A stretch of 63,692 bases of DNA, counting the filler, from Candidatus Babelota bacterium (GTDB lineage: Bacteria; JAGOBX01): NCBI GenBank assembly GCA_017999075.1. It is 8 parts of 8 records of this genome, joined end to end, with 100 filler letters (N's around TTAATTAATTAA, not from the genome) between each part and the next. Parts side by side here need not be neighbours in the genome. Positions count along the whole stretch, not along the records: positions 16,193 to 24,050 come from JAGOBX010000149.1; positions 24,151 to 32,003 come from JAGOBX010000150.1; 6 more parts are not named here. One strand, given 5' to 3'. This document shows, in pieces, positions 17,771 through 27,666 of this stretch. Positions within the stretch are counted from its first letter, which is position 1. Each line of letters starts with the position of its first letter. Below the pieces are notes generated by a model. It was not told where the DNA came from, did no database searches, and saw only the letters and a list, made by a program, of their open reading frames with translations. The translations under genes and the position numbers were made by a program.

Positions 17771-20488
17771 TCAAAATACTTTTGCCTGTTCTGATTCAGG
17801 GTCAAATCCTTTCATTTTTATATAGGCATCTTTTTCTATAAGTATTTGACGCGGCTGCGGTCCTAAAGATGGACCTACTACGCCTTTTTTTTCAAGCAAA
17901 TTCATTAGTTTAACCGCTCGGTTATGCCCTACTTTCAATTTACGCTGAATCAATGCCACTGAACCCTGTCTGCTTAATACAACAAGACGTTCCGCCTCAT
18001 TAAGTAATTCATCATCACTTGGTCCGCTGCCGTTGCCATCTTCTTCATCCTCATTTTCTTCGCCTTCAACAGGAATACTGAACATATCTTCAGACGGATC
18101 AAAAGATCTCTGACTTGTTATAAAATCCAAGGTTCTCTCAATTTCTTCATCACTGACATAAGCGCCCTGCACACGAATCGGTCTTGGTAGAGATTGAGGT
18201 TTATACAACATATCTCCATTACCAAGCAGATATTCTGCTCCGTTCTGGTCAAGAATCGTACGGGCATCAAAACTTGATGAAACCTGAAACGCTATTCTTG
18301 ACGGAAAATTAGCTTTTATAAGACCTGTTACAACATCAACTGAAGGACGCTGAGTTGCAAGAATAACATGAATTCCTACTGCTCTCGCCATAGCTGCTAA
18401 CCGCGAAATAGCAGCTTCACATTCTTTACGGGCAAGAGCCATCAAATCTGCAAGTTCGTCAACAATTATAACCAAATAAGGCAACTTTTCATTTCCCATA
18501 CTGTTATATCTTACAATATCCCTGGCTCCTACTGCAGAAAGTTTTGTGTATCTTTCTGTCATTTCTTTTAATGCCCATTGTAAAGCTCTTGCAGCTTTTT
18601 TCATATCAGTTACTACTGGAGCCATTAAATGAGGAAGATTCTGATATACTTTAAATTCAACCATTTTAGGATCTATAAGAATAAGCTTTAAATCTTCAGG
18701 AGACATTCTCATAAGCAGACTTATAATTATTGTATTTACACATACGCTTTTACCGGAACCGGTTGCTCCTGCAACAAGCAAATGCGGCATTTTAGCAAGG
18801 TTTGCTACAATTGTTTTACCTAAAATATCTTTTCCTATAGCCATTTTTAGTGGAGCATCGCTTTTTTCAAATTCTTCTGCTTCAATAAGTTCACGTAAAG
18901 TTACCATTGCAGGTTTCTTATTAGGAAGCTCTATTCCAACTGCTGATTTTCCCGGAATAGGAGCTACTATACGTATTGATTTAGCAGCAAGCTGAAGTTT
19001 GATATCATCCTGTCTATTAGCTATCTTATTTACTGCAACTCCAGCTCCAGGAGATACCTGATACATAGTTACAGTCGGTCCAACGCTGTATTCAATGACC
19101 TTAGCGTCAATCTTGAATGATTCAAAAGTTTCTTCAAGTTTTTTTATGACATCGCGAATTTCTTCTTCAGGAACCGAATATGAAGAAACAGCCGGACGGT
19201 TTAGCAGCTCTATAGGCGGAAGTTCATATGGAGGATAATCTTGTTTTACAGCAGTTTTTTTAATAATTGCTTCTTCAACCTCAATTTCATTGGTGTTGGA
19301 AATTGTATTTTTTTGTTCTATATAAGGATCTTCTTTCTCGCTATCAGATTCAGATGTTTCCTCTGTTTCGATATCAGACGCATTATTGCTTTCCTTCTCA
19401 TTTTTTTCAATTTCTGTTTCCTGCTCTTCATTAAATTTTTCATCACTATTCTTTTTTTTATTTTCAGACAAATCATTATGTTCTTCTTTTTCTTCAGAAG
19501 ACATAATATTTTTCTTAATCATATTCTCCCGTTCCTGTATATCATCATCAAGAATTTGTTCAATCGATTTAATTTGAGTTTTATTTTCCGGTTTCAAAGA
19601 TTCATCATTTTTTTCGTTACTGCCATTAAAGCTTTTGTTTTCCTGTTTTAATGGCGGCCCAAACAAATTTTCCTGAACTCCAGGTTTAACTTTTTCCTGA
19701 AAAAATTGTGGGGTTTTATTTTTTTGGTTCTGCGATTGAATTTTATTTTTTAAATTTTCAACTTTTTTCTGTTCGGCGGATATGCGTCTTTGTTCTACTG
19801 ATTCGCGTACTGATTCAAGCATATTCTTCCATTTTAGCCCGATTTTATTTAATAATTTTATAATCCCTTGTTTCAAAAAATCCAAAAATTTAATAAATAA
19901 TGCTTTTAATAATTCACATATATTTTTTATTATTACTTCTGTCCATTTCCATAAATACAAAAATATTTGGTTGAATGATAACGTTGTCAATAAAACCGCT
20001 GATAAAATAAAAAAACATAATATTAAAAAGTATACTCCTATTCCTATATAATATTTTAACATTAAAAATAATTTTCCGATAATACCGCCTGCAACAAGTT
20101 CCCGAGGGATTTCATATTGATTTGAAAATTGAAAAATTTCAAATACTGCGCAAAAAGATACGATAATCAAACCTATTGCTGACAATTTAACTATTAAGTG
20201 TTCACGAATTTTTTTTTCTCTGAATTCATAAACTCCCCATACAAGAAAAATAAGGGGAATAAGATAACTGCTTCTCCCGAATACATAAAAGATTACATAA
20301 TCAATCTCAACGCCCAGCACTCCTATAAAATTATTATAAACATAATCTTCATTCTGAGATTTGCTTGTATAATCATCAGCACTAAACGATATTATGCTTA
20401 AAAACAATAATATAGCAATAAAGCATACTGTTACGCCTATTATCTCATTAAGTTTTTTTTCTTCTTTCAAATAATCAAATACGCTCAA
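17771..20488 (-). CDS. ftsK: DNA translocase FtsK/SpoIIIE
   Basis: N-terminal TM domain, acidic linker, PHLLVAGATGSGKS, IDPKMVE, VDELADLM, ATQRPSVDV, gamma domain. Confidence 0.96.
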   Translation of the reverse strand: MSVFDYLKEEKKLNEIIGVTVCFIAILLFLSIISFSADDYTSKSQNEDYVYNNFIGVLGVEIDYVIFYVFGRSSYLIPLIFLVWGVYEFREKKIREHLIVKLSAIGLIIVSFCAVFEIFQFSNQYEIPRELVAGGIIGKLFLMLKYYIGIGVYFLILCFFILSAVLLTTLSFNQIFLYLWKWTEVIIKNICELLKALFIKFLDFLKQGIIKLLNKIGLKWKNMLESVRESVEQRRISAEQKKVENLKNKIQSQNQKNKTPQFFQEKVKPGVQENLFGPPLKQENKSFNGSNEKNDESLKPENKTQIKSIEQILDDDIQERENMIKKNIMSSEEKEEHNDLSENKKKNSDEKFNEEQETEIEKNEKESNNASDIETEETSESDSEKEDPYIEQKNTISNTNEIEVEEAIIKKTAVKQDYPPYELPPIELLNRPAVSSYSVPEEEIRDVIKKLEETFESFKIDAKVIEYSVGPTVTMYQVSPGAGVAVNKIANRQDDIKLQLAAKSIRIVAPIPGKSAVGIELPNKKPAMVTLRELIEAEEFEKSDAPLKMAIGKDILGKTIVANLAKMPHLLVAGATGSGKSVCVNTIIISLLMRMSPEDLKLILIDPKMVEFKVYQNLPHLMAPVVTDMKKAARALQWALKEMTERYTKLSAVGARDIVRYNSMGNEKLPYLVIIVDELADLMALARKECEAAISRLAAMARAVGIHVILATQRPSVDVVTGLIKANFPSRIAFQVSSSFDARTILDQNGAEYLLGNGDMLYKPQSLPRPIRVQGAYVSDEEIERTLDFITSQRSFDPSEDMFSIPVEGEENEDEEDGNGSGPSDDELLNEAERLVVLSRQGSVALIQRKLKVGHNRAVKLMNLLEKKGVVGPSLGPQPRQILIEKDAYIKMKGFDPESEQAKVF

Positions 20489-20539
20489 CTTGAATTTTCT
20501 CCCCTGCGCTGTTTACGCCTATAAATTTTTTCAAGATTG

Positions 20540-20605
20540 AATAATAAATATTTTTATGTATAAGTCAATAAAATTATTGACTTTTTAAAATATAATTTGT
20601 ATTCT
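20540..20605. promoter_or_regulatory. Back-to-back sigma70-type promoters sharing a palindrome
   Basis: AAGTCAATAA-AA-TTATTGACTT at 20562-20583; + strand TTGACT-N17-TATTCT; - strand TTGACT-N16-TATTAT. Confidence 0.55.
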
Positions 20606-20612
20606 AATAATA

Positions 20613-21281
20613 ATGTATTTAAAATATAAAAATGAACTTATAGAAATTTTTAAAACAAATAATGTTTTTGATTTGAATGCCGCTGATAATATATGTGCCG
20701 TTTTTTTTGATAGCCCGCATCATATATCAATATCTGATTTAATTTATAAAATCGAAAAGAATAGCAATATTTTAATATCTAAAAACGACGTTGAAAGCAT
20801 TATGAATATACTCGTTAAATACGGATTTGCAAAAAAAATAAGTTTCGCAAATGATGAAATACCTAGATTTGAACCTTTAAAAACCAATGAACATCACGAT
20901 CACTTCATTTGTTCTTGCTGTAAAAAAATATTTGAATTTTATAATGAACCATTTGAAAAATTTCAAAAAAAAATAAGCGATAATATTGGATTGACATTAT
21001 ATCATAAACTTGAGTTATACGGCATTTGTAATAATTGTCTTGGCAGAAAAGAAAAAATAGTTCCTCTAATGTATGTTGAAAGCGGCAAAACTGTAAAATT
21101 CAAGGATATTGAAGGCGGAGACTTGCTTAAATCAAGATTATCCCACCTAGGATTCGTTCCCGGTGAGAAAATAATAGTTATAAGTAATTCTGGGGTTGGT
21201 CCTGTAATAGTTGAAATAAAAGGTTCAAGATTAGCTTTAGGTGCAGGAGAATCCTCAAAAATTATGGTGGACAAAAAATGA
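20613..21281 (+). CDS. Fur-family regulator fused to a C-terminal FeoA domain
   Basis: HHDHFICSCC...HKLELYGICNNC, then RLSHLGFVPG...GPVIVEIKGSRLALG. Confidence 0.88.
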   Translation: MYLKYKNELIEIFKTNNVFDLNAADNICAVFFDSPHHISISDLIYKIEKNSNILISKNDVESIMNILVKYGFAKKISFANDEIPRFEPLKTNEHHDHFICSCCKKIFEFYNEPFEKFQKKISDNIGLTLYHKLELYGICNNCLGRKEKIVPLMYVESGKTVKFKDIEGGDLLKSRLSHLGFVPGEKIIVISNSGVGPVIVEIKGSRLALGAGESSKIMVDKK

Positions 21282-21640
21282 AAAAAATTCTTGTAGCTGA
21301 AGACAATGTTCAACTTGGAATTTTCTATAAGAAATTTTTAAATTCTTACGGATATTCTGTTGATGTGGTTTCTAATGCAAGTGAAGCTTTGGAAAAACTG
21401 CATTATGATAAAGATTACGTCTTGTTTATAACTGATCTTGACATGCCGAAATGGGACGGTAATTATTCGCTTATCGGGGCAAATGTTGAAAACAAAGATA
21501 TTAAAATAATAATTATTTCCGGATATCTTGACAATCCAAAATTTGCTTTTACAACGTCCCTTTCCGACAATATTGTCGCAAGATTAAACAAACCTTTTGA
21601 ACCTGAAGAATTGATCGAAATTATAAAAAAAATTATTTAA
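21278..21640 (+). CDS. Single-domain response regulator
   Basis: LVAED, ITDLDMP, ISG, KPF; ATGA overlap with Fur-FeoA. Confidence 0.88.
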   Translation: MKKILVAEDNVQLGIFYKKFLNSYGYSVDVVSNASEALEKLHYDKDYVLFITDLDMPKWDGNYSLIGANVENKDIKIIIISGYLDNPKFAFTTSLSDNIVARLNKPFEPEELIEIIKKII

Positions 21641-22103
21641 TATATATTTGTTTGATTTTATATTTTACTACGCCCATAGGCAACGATACATCTACATCAT
21701 CGCCTTCTTTTTTATCTAAAATTGATCTTCCTATAGGAGAATTCATTGAAATTTCAGATCTGTCAGGATCTGCTTCCCCATCTCCTACAACAGTAAATTC
21801 ATCTATTTTTTTTGTGTTTTTATTTAATAATTTTACAGTTACTCCATAACCTACTTTGTTCGATTTTATTTTTTTAGGATCAACTATTTTTGAATTGGCA
21901 AGTTTAGTTCCTATTTGTGAAATTCTGGCTTCTATAAAAGCATATCTCTCACGCGCAGCATGGTATTCAGCGTTTTCACTTAAATCTCCATGTTCTCTGG
22001 CTTCAGCAATCAATTCCTGAACTTTAGGTTTTTCTTCAACCAATTCATTTAATTCTTTTTTTAATTTATCATAAGTTTCCTGTGATATTAACAATTCTCT
22101 CAT
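21633..22103 (-). CDS. greA: Transcription elongation factor GreA
   Basis: [26 protein letters not shown]. Confidence 0.96.
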   Translation of the reverse strand: MRELLISQETYDKLKKELNELVEEKPKVQELIAEAREHGDLSENAEYHAARERYAFIEARISQIGTKLANSKIVDPKKIKSNKVGYGVTVKLLNKNTKKIDEFTVVGDGEADPDRSEISMNSPIGRSILDKKEGDDVDVSLPMGVVKYKIKQIYIK

Positions 22104-22123
22104 TTTTTAATAAACCCCTATAT

Positions 22124-22174
22124 AAAAAATAAAAAACTGCCGGATATAAAATTTTTCAATTTTATATCCGGCAG
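22124..22174 (-). terminator. Intrinsic terminator upstream of greA
   Basis: 17-bp stem CTGCCGGATATAAAATT / AATTTTATATCCGGCAG followed by a U-tract on the minus strand. Confidence 0.75.
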
Positions 22175-22244
22175 CAACAATTGACTTTGTTTTTTAAAGT
22201 CTTAGCTCTGAATTAACCGGTAAACCGGTTTTTTTTCACTGAGA

Positions 22245-22691
22245 CTATTTTTGTTCAGTCGCAGGCGCTGCTTCTTTGTTTTCTGCAGGTGCCGCTTCTT
22301 TTGTTTCAGTTGAATCAGCTGCTTTTTTTCTTGACAATTCTGTAATAAGTTTTACAACTTGATACGCTGAATCGCCTTCTTTTACGTCAACGCGTACGCG
22401 ATCGTCAACTACTATTCCTGATGCAGTAACAATTGCATTGTTATTCGGAGCATCAACAAATTTAGTTGATTTTTCAATCTTGAAAGTTACATTTTGATTG
22501 TTATCGTCAACGATTACTATACTGTTTTCGTCAAGCGATACGACAAATCCTTTTGTACCTTTCATTTCAACAGCTGCAGCCTGAGTTGTATTAGCGTCTC
22601 CGGCAGCAGGAGCAGCCGCTTCGTCAGCAGCTATAGCGCAATAAGACATTAACGCTACTAATATAATTATTGTAAATACTTTTTTCAACAT
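22245..22691 (-). CDS. Exported protein with OB-fold-like (DUF5666-like) domain and Ala-rich tails
   Basis: Signal peptide, GFVVSLDENSIVI...STKF...DRVRVD; AGGAGG SD. Confidence 0.65.
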   Translation of the reverse strand: MLKKVFTIIILVALMSYCAIAADEAAAPAAGDANTTQAAAVEMKGTKGFVVSLDENSIVIVDDNNQNVTFKIEKSTKFVDAPNNNAIVTASGIVVDDRVRVDVKEGDSAYQVVKLITELSRKKAADSTETKEAAPAENKEAAPATEQK

Positions 22692-22760
22692 ACAAATTCA
22701 CCTCCTGAATTTGAAAATGAGAGTAATTATAAATATCGATTAAAAAAAATCAATAATTAT

Positions 22761-23642
22761 TTATCTAATTTTTATCAGTTCAATTTTCGGGATTAATTCT
22801 TCATTCCCGAAATCTGTCGAATAAAATCTTGAAAAATGAATTTTATCTGTTATTATAACAAAAAATATTGCATTAATAACAGTTGAATCCAGTGTCTTTA
22901 TATATTCTGTTATATCCCATTCAACCCATCCTTTATGATTTTTATCAATAAAAGCAGACGACACCTTTTCTCCAAGATTATTTAATACATAATTTTTAAA
23001 TCTATTTCTCCCCCATCTTCCTTCATCTGTATCTGATGTTAACCAAGTATTATTAAAAACATATATATGAACTTTCTCAGGGTATTCTATCCAGTAATAT
23101 TCAGGAACAACTTTGCGGTACATTTTAAACAATATTTTTTCTGCATCATTAAAATTAAAATCTTTTATATTAAAAATTTTTAAAAGAGTCGCGCCTTGAG
23201 CCTGATATTGGTCAAGTCCGTATGAATATGAAACATCATTATATTCAGAATTATGATTGGACCCTCCTCCATCATCAACCACATATGAATCTTCAAAATA
23301 TTTTTTTCCTGATATGATAATTTTTTTATTTTTCGGATGGGTGGTAATAAGTTTTACAACCTGTTTTATTTCACCGGTATCGTTAAAATCTATACGAACT
23401 CTGTCTCCATTATGCAACTTTGAATATTTAATCACTAAATTTCCTGCATTAGCATCTATAAACTTTGTAGAAACATTTATTTTATAAGTTATAATACGGT
23501 TATTGTCTTTCACCGCGACTAAATTATTTTGGTCAATCGAATGAATAAATCCTTTTATAGATAAATTTTTAACAGTTTCAGCCACAATATTTTGCTGAAT
23601 TAATAGCAATCCTAAAAAAAATATAATATATATCCTAATCAT
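22761..23642 (-). CDS. Exported protein: paralogous OB-like domain plus DNRLRE/CBM96-like domain
   Basis: Signal peptide; EDSYV...GWVEWDITEYIK...FYSTD...PKIEL pattern. Confidence 0.6.
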   Translation of the reverse strand: MIRIYIIFFLGLLLIQQNIVAETVKNLSIKGFIHSIDQNNLVAVKDNNRIITYKINVSTKFIDANAGNLVIKYSKLHNGDRVRIDFNDTGEIKQVVKLITTHPKNKKIIISGKKYFEDSYVVDDGGGSNHNSEYNDVSYSYGLDQYQAQGATLLKIFNIKDFNFNDAEKILFKMYRKVVPEYYWIEYPEKVHIYVFNNTWLTSDTDEGRWGRNRFKNYVLNNLGEKVSSAFIDKNHKGWVEWDITEYIKTLDSTVINAIFFVIITDKIHFSRFYSTDFGNEELIPKIELIKIR

Positions 23643-23689
23643 ATTTTTACCTTAATAAAAATATACGGTTCAAAAACTTTTCTTATTTT

Positions 23690-24050
23690 TCAATTATAAA
23701 ATTTTATTCTTTCATCTTTCGTCAAATCAATATTCATAAATTTACAAATAGTGGTTATAGACAACAATTCATTTTTTTTTTCTTCATCCGTGGGATTAAA
23801 TTCCGGTCTGCAAACATATTTTTGGAGAAACCAATCAGTCCCATCATCATAAATTTTATTTTTTATAAATTCCAAATCATCAATACTGACGAATTTCGGA
23901 TATACTGTTGTTCTGAATTCTGATTTTTCTTTTAATTTTACAATATTTATCGACTGATTTATTTTTTCTGTTACAATCGCATTCTGTTCGGCTGGTGTCT
24001 TTATAATATTATCCTTATTATTATTTTTTATATTAGCAGGAATCAATAAA
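23690..24050 (-). CDS. Hypothetical protein; 5'-partial
   Basis: ORF reaching the contig end; no recognisable motif. Confidence 0.5.
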
Positions 24051-24150
24051 NNNNNNNNNNNNNNNNNNNNNNNNNNNNNNNNNNNNNNNNNNNNTTAATT
24101 AATTAANNNNNNNNNNNNNNNNNNNNNNNNNNNNNNNNNNNNNNNNNNNN
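24051..24150. other. Artificial contig spacer
   Basis: N-run with TTAATTAATTAA. Confidence 0.99.
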
Positions 24151-24152
24151 GT

Positions 24153-24638
24153 CATCCTGCTTCTTCAACAATAAGTTTTCATTTTCAGAACGAAATTATT
24201 CCTTTATTATTTATTATAACAATTGAAGGAGCATCGGAATTGTCAGATAAAATAAGCAAGCGGTTTAGTTATATCATACTGATGGTTTTTTTATTAATAA
24301 TTCCTGTATCAATATATTACTCGAAACTTTATATTTTTGATAAAACATCAAAATATATGATGAAATATAATGATAAAATGGTTTTTTTGAAAAATATAAA
24401 ACCATTGATTAAGCCTGATTTTTCAGTTTGCGCTGATGTTACTTTTGCGCCATATTTTTCGTATAGAAAAAATATCTATATATTTCCTGATTGCCCTGAA
24501 AACGTTGATGTGATTATAATAAATAAAAAACAGCTTTTCGGACAACTGGCTGATTTTTTTAATTACCAGATAAAAGCAAGAAATATAGGCCATAATATCT
24601 GGATTAACGATTATGTATGTATATTTGTAAAAAAATAA
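24153..24638 (+). CDS. C-terminal part of a DUF2079-like membrane protein; 5'-partial
   Basis: Frame open from contig start (ISFHFQNEIIPLLF); PDFSVCA...APYFSYRKNIYIFP. Confidence 0.55.
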   Translation, partial: HPASSTISFHFQNEIIPLLFIITIEGASELSDKISKRFSYIILMVFLLIIPVSIYYSKLYIFDKTSKYMMKYNDKMVFLKNIKPLIKPDFSVCADVTFAPYFSYRKNIYIFPDCPENVDVIIINKKQLFGQLADFFNYQIKARNIGHNIWINDYVCIFVKK

Positions 24639-24654
24639 TACTTGAATTAATGAA

Positions 24655-24665
24655 TGTGTTATAAT
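24655..24665 (+). promoter_or_regulatory. Extended -10 promoter element for ndk
   Basis: TGTGTTATAAT about 45 nt upstream of the ndk ATG. Confidence 0.45.
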
Positions 24666-24710
24666 AATATTTGTTTTTATTGATTTTAATAAATTGAGAG
24701 GAAAATTTTT

Positions 24711-25121
24711 ATGATTCAACAAACTTTATCGATAATTAAACCTGATGGAGTCCGTCAGAAAGTAATAGGTGAAATTATTACAAGACTTGAACGCAATAAA
24801 ATTATAATTAAAGAAATGAAAATGCTGCAACTGACAAAAAAAAATGCGGAAGGTTTTTATGCCGTTCATAAAGGCAAACCTTTTTTTGATAAACTTGTCG
24901 AATTTATGATTTCGGGTCCGATTGTTGTAATGGTGCTTGAAGGAGAAGATGTTATAACAAGATATAGAACTATTATGGGAGCTACCGATTATACCAAAGC
25001 ACTGCCCGGCACAATACGCGCAGAATTTGCTACAGGAATGACTGAAAATATCGTACATGGTTCTGATTCTGCTGAAAATGCCAAGATTGAAATAGATTAT
25101 TTTTTTAACTCGCATTCATAA
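24711..25121 (+). CDS. ndk: Nucleoside diphosphate kinase
   Basis: [35 protein letters not shown]. Confidence 0.97.
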   Translation: MIQQTLSIIKPDGVRQKVIGEIITRLERNKIIIKEMKMLQLTKKNAEGFYAVHKGKPFFDKLVEFMISGPIVVMVLEGEDVITRYRTIMGATDYTKALPGTIRAEFATGMTENIVHGSDSAENAKIEIDYFFNSHS

Positions 25122-25164
25122 AAAAAATGCGGATTTTTTTTGAAAATAAAATACGGTATTTTTT

Positions 25165-27024
25165 ATGCCGAATATGATTCCGGTACTGTTATTTTTTTTT
25201 AGTATAATAATATATCCGGTTGCCAGTGAATATAGCGTATATACAATATGCATAGTGCTTGCATTATTTAATTTGATAATATTTCATTTGAAAAAAATTA
25301 ATGAAATAACTTTTTCTGCAGCCGAGATATATTATTGCGTTGTATTTATAGGATTCCCTTTATTTTCTAATGCATATACCATAAATACTTATCTTACTGT
25401 TTTAGGAATATATAAAAATTTTTCTTATTTCCTGTTATTGCTTCTTCTTAAAAATTCGTTTGATAAGGGAATAAACAATAATTTTTTTTTATTGATACCT
25501 GCCGTTGTTTTTTTAAACTGCGTTTACGGAATATTTCAAATTAATACAATGTCGGCAAGATTAACAGCGTTGTATATTAATCCTAATTTGCTTGCTGATA
25601 CAATTAATTTTGCTCTTTTATTTTTAATATTTTTTTATTCAAAAAAAAAAGTTCAGGTTATTTTATTGGTTTTTTTATCAATTTTTTTGATTATGACAAA
25701 ATCTCTGGGTGCAATAACAGCGCTAATGTTTTTATTTTTTATAATGATGATGTTTATAGCTAAAAAAATTTACAGGGTTTCATATAAAGTTTTGATACCT
25801 GCCATATTAATTTTATTGAGTATTTTATTGTTTACGGCTTATTTGAGGTATGACAGAACATTCGGCGATATTTTCGGAAACCGTAGACTTGAAATCATTA
25901 ACGCCAGTTTTAAATCTTTGTCGCATAATTTTTTTCTTGGAACAGGGCATAATACTTATGAAACCAAAATAAAGCGTTTTGTTTTTCCAATAAAAAATTC
26001 AGATTTAAAATATGTCAAAAAACAGAGAAATCCTCATAATTTTTTTTTACATCTTGCTAATGAAACAGGTATAATAAATTTAACTATTTTAACTGTTCTG
26101 ATTTTGGTGTTATTTTTCGAAACGTTATTTTCTCCTATAAAAATGAAGTTATTGGGATGTTCTGGTATATTTTTGATCCTCGTGCATCATAGTGCAGATA
26201 TAGGATATGATACTCCTCTAATTCATTATTTTTTTGTTTTTTTTATATTTTGTATAACGTATGCTTCGCGGCCATTATTAAAAATAGCGTTTAAAAAATG
26301 GATGAAAATTTTTATATACATAAGTTTTTTGGCAATATTCATTGTATTGCCTTGTTTAAATTTATGCGCTGAAATTACTGCTGAACGCGGAAGAAATTTG
26401 TTTGATTCCAACAATTATGAAAAAGCCGCTGATAAATTCAATTTTGTTATCAGAATAATACCTGATTATCCTGAAATTTTGCAAAGGCTTGCAGGATGCT
26501 ACAGAGGATTATATTATAAGACGAATAATGTTAAATATATTGAAAAGACGCTTCAATGTTTTTTCAAAGGAGCTGAAGCTGATCCGTATAATGGATATTA
26601 TAAAATGAATATAGCTAAAGCTCTAAGCGAATTTTGTGAACCTGAAAAATCTAAAAGTCAGATAAAATTTTTTGTAATGCAGGCATTAAACGTTGAACCA
26701 TTCTTCGCTTTGATGTACCTTGAAGCTGCCGAACTGCTGTTTTCCATTAACAATCCCGATCTCGCGCTTAATTATGCAAGGAGGGGATTAATAATTGAAC
26801 CGTATTTTTTAAGATTGAATTTAATATACAGATATTTGGATAATAATCAAAAAGACAGGTTTGACATTTCTGTAAGAAACATAGCTTATTATATGCATAA
26901 ACGGATAAAAATTCTTAAACCGGATATAAATCCGGCTGATAAAAATTATGAATTATATTATTTTGAAATTATGTATAACACGAAAATAAATTTTTTTCCA
27001 ATTCAATTAAACGCTAAAGAATAA
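25165..27024 (+). CDS. O-antigen ligase-like membrane protein with C-terminal TPR repeats
   Basis: Multiple TMs, INPNLLA, TKSLGA, GTG, NPHNFFLHLANETG; TPR-like C-terminus. Confidence 0.8.
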   Translation: MPNMIPVLLFFFSIIIYPVASEYSVYTICIVLALFNLIIFHLKKINEITFSAAEIYYCVVFIGFPLFSNAYTINTYLTVLGIYKNFSYFLLLLLLKNSFDKGINNNFFLLIPAVVFLNCVYGIFQINTMSARLTALYINPNLLADTINFALLFLIFFYSKKKVQVILLVFLSIFLIMTKSLGAITALMFLFFIMMMFIAKKIYRVSYKVLIPAILILLSILLFTAYLRYDRTFGDIFGNRRLEIINASFKSLSHNFFLGTGHNTYETKIKRFVFPIKNSDLKYVKKQRNPHNFFLHLANETGIINLTILTVLILVLFFETLFSPIKMKLLGCSGIFLILVHHSADIGYDTPLIHYFFVFFIFCITYASRPLLKIAFKKWMKIFIYISFLAIFIVLPCLNLCAEITAERGRNLFDSNNYEKAADKFNFVIRIIPDYPEILQRLAGCYRGLYYKTNNVKYIEKTLQCFFKGAEADPYNGYYKMNIAKALSEFCEPEKSKSQIKFFVMQALNVEPFFALMYLEAAELLFSINNPDLALNYARRGLIIEPYFLRLNLIYRYLDNNQKDRFDISVRNIAYYMHKRIKILKPDINPADKNYELYYFEIMYNTKINFFPIQLNAKE

Positions 27025-27116
27025 TAAAAATTATGTTTTTAAAATTTGACAATTAAATATATATGTTATATATATAAATTCGACAATAAAAATAAAACTT
27101 AATTAGGCGGATATTT

Positions 27117-27644
27117 ATGAAAAAATTAAATATAGAAATGTCTTACAGAATAATTAATCACGGGCCTCTGCTTGTTGTATCGTCCGAATTTAAAAAAAAA
27201 GAAACTTTTACGCCGATTGCATGGAATATGCCGGTTGAGCATACTCCGCCAATAATCGCAATTACAGTGTCAAAAGAAAACTATGTTAATTTTTTGATAA
27301 AAAAATCAAAACAGTTTTGTTTAAATGTTCTGGAAATAGAAAATCTTGATTTAATAAAAAAATTGGGTTCTGTTTCAGGAAAGGATACAGATAAAATTTC
27401 TGAATTTTGTTTGAAAACTAAAAAATGTAAGACAATTGCAGCTTCATATATGCTGAATTCCGCTGCAGTAATAGAATGTGTTTTAATTAAAACAATTTCT
27501 GTAGAAGGCGTCGATATTTTTTTGGGTAAAACTGAGTATTGCTCGGTATCGGAAAAATTCTGCAAAACTTCATGGGATGCAGAAAAAATAAGAACGATCC
27601 ATCATCTTGGCGGAGGAAATTTCGCCACAATACAAAAAATATGA
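27117..27644 (+). CDS. Flavin reductase family protein
   Basis: YRIINHGP, AWNMPV, GSVSGKDTDK, VIEC, HHLGGGNF. Confidence 0.88.
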   Translation: MKKLNIEMSYRIINHGPLLVVSSEFKKKETFTPIAWNMPVEHTPPIIAITVSKENYVNFLIKKSKQFCLNVLEIENLDLIKKLGSVSGKDTDKISEFCLKTKKCKTIAASYMLNSAAVIECVLIKTISVEGVDIFLGKTEYCSVSEKFCKTSWDAEKIRTIHHLGGGNFATIQKI

Positions 27645-27666
27645 TTTATTTTGGAGATGTTTTTTT

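Noticed and set aside
19260..19760. Low-complexity Glu/Lys/Asn-rich stretch
   Set aside because: Normal disordered FtsK linker.
19241..20401. Short + strand ORFs inside ftsK and similar antisense ORFs throughout (e.g. 24726-25115, 47435-47914, 53549-53932, 54153-54512)
   Set aside because: Shadow frames opposite well-supported genes, with no motifs or RBS.
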